Source: Candidatus Cryosericum sp. (GTDB taxonomy: Bacteria; Acidobacteriota; Polarisedimenticolia; Gp22-AA2). From it: 19,964 nucleotides of DNA. The position numbers were made by a program, and so were the translations under genes. Location: NCBI GenBank assembly GCA_035649235.1, contig DASRJX010000134.1, positions 1 through 19,964 of the forward strand. Reading direction: 5' to 3'. This document shows, one piece after another, positions 1 through 7,557 of this stretch. The notes beneath the pieces are model-generated. The model was given only the letters and a program-made list of their open reading frames with translations. It was not told where the DNA came from and ran no database searches. Position 1 is the stretch's first letter; each line of letters opens with the position of its first letter.

Positions 1-338
1 AGCGGCACGCGCGCCAACCGCTGGACGCGCAGGTAGCCGTCCGGCCGGACCTGGGTCACGACGTAGCCAGGCTCGTCCATGTGCGCCAGAAGCAGCCGGT
101 GCGGCTTCCCCGATCCGATCGTCACGCTGAGGTTGCCGAGATTGTCCTCGACCGGATGGGCCCAGGACGGAAGCGACGCGCGGATCGCCGCGCGCACGGC
201 GGATTCGTAGCCCGAGGCGCCCGCCGTCAGGACGAGGCGGCGCACTGCTTCTTTCGGTTCTGGTTCGGCGGCACGGACGGTGCCGCCGCTCAGCAGGAGA
301 AGCGCCGCGACGGCGGCCGCCGAGGAGGTCCGAGGCAT
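1..338 (-). CDS. M42-family (FrvX/YsdC-like) metallopeptidase, N-terminal part only; gene continues beyond the window start
   Basis: Minus-strand translation from ATG at 338..336 gives MPRTSSAAAVAALLLLSGGTVRAAEPEPKEAVRRLVLTAGASGYESAVRAAIRASLPSWAHPVEDNLGNLSVTIGSGKPHRLLLAHMDEPGYVVTQVRPDGYLRVQRLARVP. The block AHMDEPGYVVTQV..DGYLR matches the conserved H-x-D-E-(I/V)-G-(F/L)-x-V-T...D-G-F block of M42 peptidases. The hydrophobic N-terminus looks like a signal peptide, or the start is over-called (alternative GTG near 245). The frame stays open to position 1. The ORF is absent from the supplied track because it has no stop within the window. Confidence 0.55.
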   Translation of the reverse strand, partial: MPRTSSAAAVAALLLLSGGTVRAAEPEPKEAVRRLVLTAGASGYESAVRAAIRASLPSWAHPVEDNLGNLSVTIGSGKPHRLLLAHMDEPGYVVTQVRPDGYLRVQRLARVP

Positions 339-426
339 GGCGCGGATGATACACTTGGTCGCCGTCCGCGAAGAGAGCGGCCCGCGGGCTCGGCTCCTCG
401 ACGGAGCCGGTTGCGGCCGGCGGCAC

Positions 427-432
427 GAGGAG
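427..432 (+). promoter_or_regulatory. Shine-Dalgarno sequence (GAGGAG) for the PBP gene
   Basis: GAGGAG lies 6 nt upstream of ATG 439. This supports 439 rather than the ORF-track start at 280. Confidence 0.5.
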
Positions 433-438
433 TCATCG

Positions 439-2793
439 ATGGCGCACGCGGGGAACAGCGCGGGTGGTTTCCGGCGCCTGACCCTGGGGGCGCCGGTTCG
501 CCGGCTCCTGCTGCGCACGGCGCTCGCGCTGGCCGTGGTCGTGGCCGGCGCCTTCAGCATCGCCTTCATCGACGCCAACTGGCGGTTCGCCCGGCAGGGG
601 CCCGCCGCTCCGATCCGCCTGTATTCGGCCCCCTTCCTCCTCAAAGACGGCGTGGCGGTCAACCCGGCCGATCTCTCGGAGCGTCTGACGCGGCTCGGCT
701 ATCGCCGGATCGAGGGTCGTCCCCGCACCCCCGGCGAATTCTCCCAGCGCTTCCGCTCGTTCGAGATCGCCCTCAACCGCTTCGAGTATCCGGAGGGGGC
801 GATCGAGCCGACGACCGTGAGGGTGCGGGTCTCCTCCGGACACGTCACCAACGTCGAGGACGCCGAGACGGGGAGGAACCTCGAGTCGGCCCGCATCGAG
901 CCGGAGCCGCTCGGCGTGCTGTCGGGCGGCGCGCACGAGGATCGCGTCCCGGTGTCCGTCGCGGAGGTGCCGCTCGTGCTCAAGCAGGCGGTCATCGCCG
1001 TCGAGGACCGGCGCTTCCTGAGCCACCCCGGCGTGGATCTCAAGGGGATCCTGCGGGCTCTCTTCGCCAATCTGAAGAGCGGCGAGGTTGTCCAGGGCGG
1101 CAGCACCATCACGCAGCAGCTCGCGAAGAACCTCTATGAGGGGCACGAGTCCCGCACGCTGACCCGCAAGGTCTGGGAGACGATGGCGGCGCTGAGCCTC
1201 GAGATCGCCCACTCGAAGGACCAGATCCTGGAGCGCTACCTGAACGAGGTCTACCTGGCGCAACGGGGCCCGTTCGCGATCATCGGCGTCGGCGCGGCGG
1301 CACAGCACTACTTCGGCAAGGAGGCGCGCTATCTCGACCTGCCGGAGGCCGCGCTTCTGGCCGGCCTCATCCAGTCGCCGGGGCGCTACCACCCCTACCG
1401 CAATCCGACCGCGGCCCGCGAGCGACGCGACGTGGTCTTGGGGTTGATGCGTCAGGAGCAGATGATCCCGGAGAAGGAGTGCAAAGCGGCCGCGGCCGTG
1501 CCGCTCCGGCTGCGGCCCGAGCCGTCCAGCGATCCGCGGCAGGCCCCCTATTTCGACGATTTCATCCACGAGGCCCTGCGCCAGGAGGGCGTCAAGGAAG
1601 ACGCTTCGACGGCGGGCCTGCGCGTCTTCACCACGCTCGATCCGCTCCTGCAGGCGCGCGCCGAGGCCAGTCTGGAGGAGCGCCTCCGGTCGTACGAAAA
1701 GGGGTACCGCCACTTGAGGCCCATGCCCGGAGGCGAGCTGCAGGGGGCGCTCGTCGCCTTGAGGCCGGCGGACGGGGCGATCCTGGCGATGGTCGGGGGG
1801 CGGGACTACCAGCAGACTCAGTTCAACCGCGCCGTGCAGGCGCACCGCCAGCCGGGGTCCCTGTTCAAGCCGTTCGTCTACCTCGCCGGCCTGCGCGAGG
1901 CCCAGGAGGCGGGCGACAGCCGGTTCACCGCCGCGACCGTCCTCGACGACTCACCCCTGGAGATGGTGGTCGGCGGAAAGCCCTGGGCGCCGCACAACTT
2001 CGACGAGGAGTTCCGCGGCCCGGTGACGGCGCGCCAGGCGCTGGCCCATAGCCTGAACATCCCCACCATCCGTGCGGCGGAGGACATCGGACTCAAAGAG
2101 GTTGTGCGAACGGCTCGTCGCTGCGGCATCGAGGGAGAGATGCAGCCGGTCCCCTCGCTCGCCCTGGGAACCTTCGAGGTCACGCCGCTCGAAATCGCCT
2201 CGGCCTTCGGCACCTTCGCCAACCTCGGCGAGAGGGTCGAGCCGCACGGCATCGCGGCGATCGTGGACGGCCAAGGGCGGGTCCGGTCCGAGGAGCCGCA
2301 GACGCATCGCGTCACCACACCCCAGGCGGCCTACCTGACGCTCGATCTGATGCGGGACGTGCTGCGCTATGGCACCGGCGCCTCGGCCTCCGGGTACGGG
2401 ATCGAGGCGGATCTCGCCGGCAAGACCGGGACGACCGACGAAGGGCGCGACGCCTGGTTCGTTGGATTCAGCCCGGACGTCCTGGCGCTCGTCTGGGTCG
2501 GGTTCGACAACAACCGGCCGCTCCGGCTGGGAGGGTCGACGCTCGCGCTGCCCATCTGGGCCGATTTCATGGCGCGCGCCGGGCTGGATCATTCCCTGCG
2601 CTGGGACGAGCCGGAGGGGATCGTGCACGTCGAGGTCGATCCGACGACCGGCAAGCTCGCGACCTGGCGCTGTCCGGAATCGATCGAGGAGATGTTCATC
2701 GAGGGGACGGAGCCGGTCGAGCAGTGCGAGCACGGCAATGGCTTCACGTCCTGGGCCAAGCGGCTCTTCGGCTGGCTGCGCCGTCAGCCCTGA
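439..2793 (+). CDS. Bifunctional class A penicillin-binding protein (GT51 transglycosylase + transpeptidase), PBP1A-like
   Basis: N-terminal TM helix (LLLRTALALAVVVAGAFSIAFI). GT51 motifs EDRRFxxHxG and GGSTITQQLAKN. Transpeptidase motifs SLFKP (SxxK), SLN (SxN) and KTGTT (KTG). Stop TGA at 2791-2793. There is no UB2H-like insert between the TM helix and the GT domain, hence PBP1A-like rather than PBP1B. The start at 439 is chosen for the GAGGAG RBS; the longest ORF begins at 280. Confidence 0.9.
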   Translation: MAHAGNSAGGFRRLTLGAPVRRLLLRTALALAVVVAGAFSIAFIDANWRFARQGPAAPIRLYSAPFLLKDGVAVNPADLSERLTRLGYRRIEGRPRTPGEFSQRFRSFEIALNRFEYPEGAIEPTTVRVRVSSGHVTNVEDAETGRNLESARIEPEPLGVLSGGAHEDRVPVSVAEVPLVLKQAVIAVEDRRFLSHPGVDLKGILRALFANLKSGEVVQGGSTITQQLAKNLYEGHESRTLTRKVWETMAALSLEIAHSKDQILERYLNEVYLAQRGPFAIIGVGAAAQHYFGKEARYLDLPEAALLAGLIQSPGRYHPYRNPTAARERRDVVLGLMRQEQMIPEKECKAAAAVPLRLRPEPSSDPRQAPYFDDFIHEALRQEGVKEDASTAGLRVFTTLDPLLQARAEASLEERLRSYEKGYRHLRPMPGGELQGALVALRPADGAILAMVGGRDYQQTQFNRAVQAHRQPGSLFKPFVYLAGLREAQEAGDSRFTAATVLDDSPLEMVVGGKPWAPHNFDEEFRGPVTARQALAHSLNIPTIRAAEDIGLKEVVRTARRCGIEGEMQPVPSLALGTFEVTPLEIASAFGTFANLGERVEPHGIAAIVDGQGRVRSEEPQTHRVTTPQAAYLTLDLMRDVLRYGTGASASGYGIEADLAGKTGTTDEGRDAWFVGFSPDVLALVWVGFDNNRPLRLGGSTLALPIWADFMARAGLDHSLRWDEPEGIVHVEVDPTTGKLATWRCPESIEEMFIEGTEPVEQCEHGNGFTSWAKRLFGWLRRQP

Positions 2794-2833
2794 CCCTCCG
2801 CGGCATCGGCGGCTGCGTCCCCGGGACGTGCCG

Positions 2834-5077
2834 TCAGGGAACGTCGACCACGGCCCGTCCCGATCCGGTGTTGCCGGCCGCGTCCATCGTGCGCACCACG
2901 ACGCTGTGCTCTCCCGGGGCGGGCAGGGGCAGGGAGAGATCGTAGGACTCCCGAAGTCCGTCGCTGAGGCCGTCGACCGGCCGGGCCAGCAGCCAGTCCC
3001 CCGCGTCGACCGAGTACGCCGCCTCGCGCACGATGCTGAAGTCGTCGCTGGTCGCGAAGGTGAGCCTCAGACCGCCCTTGTCCACCTGCGCCTTGAGGCG
3101 CTCGACGCGCGGCGGCGTCGTGTCGACGTCGAAGGGAGCCGAGACCCTCTCCGTGGTCAGGGCCTGTCCCTCTGGATTCGAGGGGGAATCGCTCGCGACG
3201 ATGCGAACCAGGTAGGTGCCGTCCGGCAGGGCGGCACCATCGAACGTCACGAAATCCTCGTCGATGCGGCGGCGCGCCATCTTCCAGGTCTTCTCATCGA
3301 TGGCCCGGTACTGCACGTCGAACACCAGGTCGTCCTCGTTCGGATCGACCACCTGCCAGGTGATGCTGCGGGCGCCGGGGTCGAATCCGCGCCGCGCCTG
3401 CGGTCGTGGCCGGCGGCGGGTCCCGGGATCGCCGTCAGTACCGGCCGGCTTCCCCTCCTGCCCCTGGCCCACCGGCGGCGCCGGCATCGCCTGCATCGAA
3501 ACGCCAGGCGGCAGCACCTCGACCTTGCGGAATTCGGGAGGCAGGTTTTTCTGCATGTAGACGACGGAGACCTCGCGCAATTCCGGAGTGCGGGACGGCT
3601 CGCTCGTCTTCAGCTTGGCACGCCATTGAAGGAAGCGAGCCGAGGGCGCATCGAGGGGCGATCCGAGCGGGTCGTCCGCCTCCTTCCCCCAGTCGGACCA
3701 GGTGCGGTCGGGGTCTTCCGTGTTGCCGCTGCGCGCCTGGATCGTCACGGACGTCCCGGACGGCGCGTCCGCCCTCCAGGCCACGCGGCCCCAGGTCGCG
3801 AAGGACTGGGCGTCGAACACCCTCGACTCGAAGGAGCCGGACGGGGCATGCCCCGATCGGAGGACTGATACGCTTCCCAGGTTGCTGCCGCCCACGATCA
3901 CGTCGTCCGGCTTCCCCGCGCCCGAAGGCCTCCTGAGAAGCGCCGTCACCTGGGACGAATCGGAACGCGCGATCTCGCTGACGCCGCCTTTCGCGTCGAG
4001 GAGGTAGATGCGACCCTGGTGGCTGGCCCCCATCAGGAGCTCACCACCCGCGGAGATCGCCAGGCTCAGGATCGATTCCTGGGACCCCGACCAGACCTCG
4101 CGGGCGTAGCCATCGGGAGAGATCGCCAGCACCTTCCCCTCCACGCTGAGCGGGGGGCGTGCCTCGGGGGGGCCGCCCTGCGAACTCCCCTCCTGCGCCG
4201 GCGGCTGGCTGGAAGCGCCTCCTTCGCTGCTTTCTCCCCCGGGAGCCGGCGGCTGGGACTGCGCCGGCCGCGAAGGCTGCGGGCGCGGGCCGCGGCCCGA
4301 TTCTCCGCCGACGGCCGCGTACACGAGTCCATCGGGCGCGAGCGCCAGGGCCGTCACCTCGCTCAACGGGGCGTCGTACATCACCGTCCCGCGGCCGTCG
4401 CGGTTGATCCGGAAGATCAGTCCGTGGCCGTCGGTTCCGGCCAGCAGGTCGCCGCGCGCATCAAGTGCCAGGCTCCGGACATGCGTCTCGGCGCTGTCGT
4501 ACAGGACCTTGCTGCGGCCCGTCGCGTCGATCTTCAGCACCCGCCCCTCCGTGCCCGTCGCGGCGATGAGATCACCCTGGCGGTCGAACAGCAACGCCCA
4601 GATGTATTCCTCGCCGGTCTCGCAGACCCAGACCTGCTTGCCGTCGGGCGCTATCTTGTAAATCCGTCCGCCGGGCACCGTGCCGGCATAGAGGAACCCG
4701 GACGCGTCCACGGCCAACGACTGCACCTCCGGCTCCTCGACCTTGAAGAACCGCTCCCCGGAACCCTTCGCGTCGATGCGGTAGACCACGCCCTCGTTGC
4801 CGCCGGAGACGTAGATCGGCCCCCGTTCGCCGGCCGACACCGACCATACGTAGGGCTGCTCTGGCTCGAACAGCCGCTCCAGGCGCGCTCCGAGCCGGAC
4901 GGGGCCCTCGGCTGTCAGCGCCACGCCATGCGGCTCGCCCTGCTCGAAGTCGACCCGCTCGCGCTGCTTCCACGATCGGGCGCCGACGGCGTGCACGGGG
5001 GACGTGGACAGGATCAACACCAGGCCGAGCAGGATCGCCGCGGCCGCGGATGGGAGGCACCGCCGGTACCCGTTCAT
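2834..5077 (-). CDS. Secreted beta-propeller repeat protein (NHL/YVTN-like blades), Pro/Ser/Gln-rich linker, C-terminal Ig/FN3-like (Y_Y_Y-like) domains
   Basis: 747-aa ORF. N-terminal signal peptide (AAAAILLGLVLILSTSPVHA). At least six repeats of the pattern G-x-(L/I)-Y-x(4-6)-G-x-(I/V)-x-(R/K)-I-x(3)-G. Low-complexity linker GRGPRPQPSRPAQSQPPAPGGESSEGGASSQPPAQEGSSQGG. C-terminal all-beta segments with the W...Y...LPDGTYLVRIVASD pattern reminiscent of Y_Y_Y domains. ATG at 5077 overlaps the stop of the upstream gene (ATGA). Confidence 0.75.
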   Translation of the reverse strand: MNGYRRCLPSAAAAILLGLVLILSTSPVHAVGARSWKQRERVDFEQGEPHGVALTAEGPVRLGARLERLFEPEQPYVWSVSAGERGPIYVSGGNEGVVYRIDAKGSGERFFKVEEPEVQSLAVDASGFLYAGTVPGGRIYKIAPDGKQVWVCETGEEYIWALLFDRQGDLIAATGTEGRVLKIDATGRSKVLYDSAETHVRSLALDARGDLLAGTDGHGLIFRINRDGRGTVMYDAPLSEVTALALAPDGLVYAAVGGESGRGPRPQPSRPAQSQPPAPGGESSEGGASSQPPAQEGSSQGGPPEARPPLSVEGKVLAISPDGYAREVWSGSQESILSLAISAGGELLMGASHQGRIYLLDAKGGVSEIARSDSSQVTALLRRPSGAGKPDDVIVGGSNLGSVSVLRSGHAPSGSFESRVFDAQSFATWGRVAWRADAPSGTSVTIQARSGNTEDPDRTWSDWGKEADDPLGSPLDAPSARFLQWRAKLKTSEPSRTPELREVSVVYMQKNLPPEFRKVEVLPPGVSMQAMPAPPVGQGQEGKPAGTDGDPGTRRRPRPQARRGFDPGARSITWQVVDPNEDDLVFDVQYRAIDEKTWKMARRRIDEDFVTFDGAALPDGTYLVRIVASDSPSNPEGQALTTERVSAPFDVDTTPPRVERLKAQVDKGGLRLTFATSDDFSIVREAAYSVDAGDWLLARPVDGLSDGLRESYDLSLPLPAPGEHSVVVRTMDAAGNTGSGRAVVDVP

Positions 5078-6945
5078 TTGACCTTCAGGGAGATGCGGCG
5101 CAGTCCGGCCACCACGATGTCGAGGTCCCTCGACTGCTCCAGCACCGGGGCCTCGGCGAGGAGCGTGGCGTCGGCGTTGAGCCGCGGGTTGTTGAAGACG
5201 TTGAAGATCGACAAGGGCAGCTCCGGCAGCAACTCGCTGCGCACGATCGCCGAGGGGACGCGGCGGGCGGCCCGGAGATAGAGCGCCTGGCTGCTCCGCT
5301 GCCGGCTGACGATGCGGATGATGTCCTTCAGATCCGCCGCCTGCTGGAGCTGCCGCTCGCGCACGCGGCGATCCACGCCCTCGATGGTCGAGCCACCCGC
5401 CACGATGATCTGCAACTCGCCGGCCGGCGTGTCCTCTGGCAGGGAGACATCGAAGCTGACGGTGCGGTCCGGGCCGCGGAACGGCTGGAGAACGGCGTCG
5501 ACGCGGAACGTCTCCCCCGCCTTCACCTCGGTGCGCGAGGCGCTGACCGAGGTCAGGTTCGCCACCTGGGCCGGGTCGAGGAGGTCGATGTCGGCCACGG
5601 CGGACCGGATCGGCGGGTCGACGAAGGGATTGTTGTAGAGCAGCCCGAGCAGGCCGCCGGCATCGTTGGCCGCCAGCGTGTGCACCGGCTGGGCCGGGTT
5701 GGTCCCGGAATAGAGCGACTCGTAGGTCACCTCGGGGTATCCGGCGAGGGCGATCCGGTAGCGCAGCGAGAGGGTGGCGTCGGCGTCGAACTCCGTCGTG
5801 CGCACCAGGGAGTTGGCCGTCGTCAGCGCCACGATCACGGGCGCCCAGGATCGGTCGCGCACCACGTCGTAATGGAACTCCCGCTGGGCGGCGCCCGAGC
5901 GGACGCGCACGGTCAGAGGCAACGTGGGCGGCACCCGCCCCACCTCCCCCACGATGGCCGTCAGACGATCCTCGATGATGGTGCCGATCGGGGCGGTGGC
6001 GTTCGCGATCTTGAACGACGCCGCATCCGACGCGAACGTCAGCACGACCTGGGCCTGCGTCATCGGCAGCTCGACTCCGCCCAGCCCCAGCATCGGATGT
6101 CCGAAGGCGAAGACCCGATTGCCGTCGACATGGGTCAGCGTCCCGATGCCGACGAGGTTCAGGTCGCCGGTCGCGAGCGCGCCCCCGATCGCCGTGCCCG
6201 GGAGGAGAGGCAACGGGGTGGTGAGTTCCGAGGAGCCCACGGCGCCGCCGCCGGCGCCCGGCGACAGCCCCATGATCTCGAAGGCCGGCGCATAGTAACG
6301 GAGCACCTCCGGATCGCAGCCGGAGCAGACGAGCGGCGTGCCGATCGGCTGCAGCCCGGTGAATCCCGAAGCGGCCGCCGCGAGGCCGGGTGGCGGAGCC
6401 GGTGCTGTGGATCGATCCGCGCCGCTGCGGAGCCAGGCCAGCAGGTCCCCGGCGGGGTCCTTGCCGCGCGCCCTCGGTTTCTTCGGCTCGCCGCGACCGA
6501 CCAGCTTCACCATCTCCCCGATCGGAGTGATGCCGGCGATCGGCTCCTTGGCGAACGATCCGATGCGGTACGAGACGGCGCCGACCAGCTTCCCGTCGAC
6601 GTAGACCGGGCTGCCGCTCATCCCCGCGACGACTCCGGTGAATTCAACCCTCTCTCCCGTGAGGCGGGCGAGGATCATGTCCTGCTGGGGACCGATGGCG
6701 TTCTTGAGCACGCCGAGGAACTCGACGCCGAACTCCTCCACGCGATCGGAGTCGAAGACGGTGCGCGCCACCCCCGTCATGCCCGGACGGATGGCGCTGA
6801 CGGGCAGGAACTCGATCGGCTGTGGCGTCGGCACCTCCTGGGTCGCTGGCGGCGACTGGCTCGCGGCGGCGTACGTGTCCGGATGGGCCAGAGAGGTCAG
6901 CAGAACGACGAGGACCAGCGGGAGCGCTCGCACGAGGGGTCTCAA
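5074..6945 (-). CDS. Secreted S55 (SpoIVB-like) serine peptidase family protein
   Basis: 623-aa ORF with signal peptide (LPLVLVVLLTSLAHP). GVVAGMSGSPVYVDGKLVGAVSY matches the GMSGSP catalytic-serine block of SpoIVB/S55 peptidases. GIGTLTHVDGNRVFAFGHP resembles the S55 GIGTLT...GALGH histidine block. Start is TTG at 6945..6943 with AAGGGA 6 nt upstream; it overlaps the stop of the upstream gene (TTGA). Stop at 5074-5076. Confidence 0.7.
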   Translation of the reverse strand: MRPLVRALPLVLVVLLTSLAHPDTYAAASQSPPATQEVPTPQPIEFLPVSAIRPGMTGVARTVFDSDRVEEFGVEFLGVLKNAIGPQQDMILARLTGERVEFTGVVAGMSGSPVYVDGKLVGAVSYRIGSFAKEPIAGITPIGEMVKLVGRGEPKKPRARGKDPAGDLLAWLRSGADRSTAPAPPPGLAAAASGFTGLQPIGTPLVCSGCDPEVLRYYAPAFEIMGLSPGAGGGAVGSSELTTPLPLLPGTAIGGALATGDLNLVGIGTLTHVDGNRVFAFGHPMLGLGGVELPMTQAQVVLTFASDAASFKIANATAPIGTIIEDRLTAIVGEVGRVPPTLPLTVRVRSGAAQREFHYDVVRDRSWAPVIVALTTANSLVRTTEFDADATLSLRYRIALAGYPEVTYESLYSGTNPAQPVHTLAANDAGGLLGLLYNNPFVDPPIRSAVADIDLLDPAQVANLTSVSASRTEVKAGETFRVDAVLQPFRGPDRTVSFDVSLPEDTPAGELQIIVAGGSTIEGVDRRVRERQLQQAADLKDIIRIVSRQRSSQALYLRAARRVPSAIVRSELLPELPLSIFNVFNNPRLNADATLLAEAPVLEQSRDLDIVVAGLRRISLKVK

Positions 6946-7454
6946 TCCTGTCCCTTGCGCTTCAGCCCCGCCTTGATCGCCTCAACGATGAAATTCTGCA
7001 TGGACGGCGGCTCGTTCTTCACCGCGGTATAGACGAGACAGGGCAGTTTCAGGGAGATCTGGATGCCCTCGTCCCGCAGCGTATCGAGCCAGCGGGAGAA
7101 CTCCTCCCACGACGTCCAGGTCATTTTCTCGATGGCCCCCTTGGCGTAGAGCTCGACGAGCTCCAGGTCGTCCTTCAGGCGGAAGATGACGTCCTCGGGG
7201 GAGCAGTCCTTGAAGTCGCTGTAGGCGAAGAATTTCACTTCACCCGCCGTCTGGCCTTTCCCTTTGATGCTGATCTCCGGCTGTTTGTTGCAGCGGAGCA
7301 TGATGTAGTCGTCGCGGCCGGCGAAATGGAATCCAAGGATGGGGTCCGTGGTGTGATCGCCGTCGCTGGGAGTCTTGAGAGCGCGGTAGACTCTGCGTGC
7401 GACCTGCTCGTTCGTCCTATACGTCCCCGCCTGCTTCGCTAGTCGCTTGTGCAC
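6942..7454 (-). CDS. Hypothetical cytoplasmic protein (~170 aa), first gene of a three-gene operon
   Basis: The ORF is open from 7685, but high GC3 and intergenic composition begin around the GTG at 7454..7452 (VHKRLAKQAGTYRTNEQ...). The C-terminal half (SPEDVIFRLKDDLELVELYAKGAIEKMTWTSWEEFSRWLDTL...) has GC3 above 85 %, typical of coding sequence. No recognisable motifs and no signal peptide. Start uncertain; the next in-frame ATG is at 7301. Confidence 0.5.
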   Translation of the reverse strand: MHKRLAKQAGTYRTNEQVARRVYRALKTPSDGDHTTDPILGFHFAGRDDYIMLRCNKQPEISIKGKGQTAGEVKFFAYSDFKDCSPEDVIFRLKDDLELVELYAKGAIEKMTWTSWEEFSRWLDTLRDEGIQISLKLPCLVYTAVKNEPPSMQNFIVEAIKAGLKRKGQD

Positions 7455-7490
7455 GCTGCGAATATAGCATACGGGTCGCGGCGCCCATTG
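7455..7490 (-). promoter_or_regulatory. Conserved upstream element, copy A, with extended -10-like TGCTATATT; candidate promoter of the three-gene operon
   Basis: The minus strand reads CCAATGGGCGCCGCGACCCGTATGCTATATTCGCAGC|GTG. The TGnTATATT extended -10 sits 6 nt before the GTG. About 26 of 33 positions are shared with copy B at 11075-11112. Confidence 0.4.
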
Positions 7491-7521
7491 GAGAAATCTC
7501 CGCCCGGAGCCTTCTTCCCAC

Positions 7522-7550
7522 TTGAGACGGAGCGACTTTCGCCGTATCTG
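7522..7550 (+). promoter_or_regulatory. Candidate sigma-70-type promoter (TTGAGA-N17-TATCTG) for the 7558 gene
   Basis: TTGAGA at 7522-7527, a 17-nt spacer, then TATCTG at 7545-7550. The ATG follows 7 nt later, implying a leaderless or near-leaderless mRNA. Weak -10 match. Confidence 0.25.
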
Positions 7551-7557
7551 AACGCCT

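Noticed and set aside
81-1139. 352-aa plus-strand ORF upstream of and overlapping the PBP gene
   Set aside because: Its translation is Arg/Gly/Pro-rich low complexity, typical of an out-of-frame reading of GC-rich DNA. It overlaps the well-supported M42 (minus) and PBP (plus) genes.
433-1845. 470-aa antisense ORF inside the PBP gene
   Set aside because: Shadow ORF on the opposite strand of a gene with clear catalytic motifs. Arg-rich composition and no motifs.
2794-2833. Possible bidirectional terminator between the convergent PBP and propeller genes
   Set aside because: Only short GC-rich inverted repeats (GACGT...ACGTC) without U-tracts. They cannot be distinguished from background in 70 % GC sequence.
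2369-3868. 499-aa plus-strand ORF spanning the PBP 3' end and the propeller gene
   Set aside because: It crosses a convergent gene junction and is out of frame with respect to both supported genes. The translation is low complexity.
5050-7032. 660-aa plus-strand ORF antisense to the S55 peptidase gene
   Set aside because: Arg/Gly/Asp-rich translation without motifs. The opposite strand encodes the GMSGSP-containing peptidase with a signal peptide.
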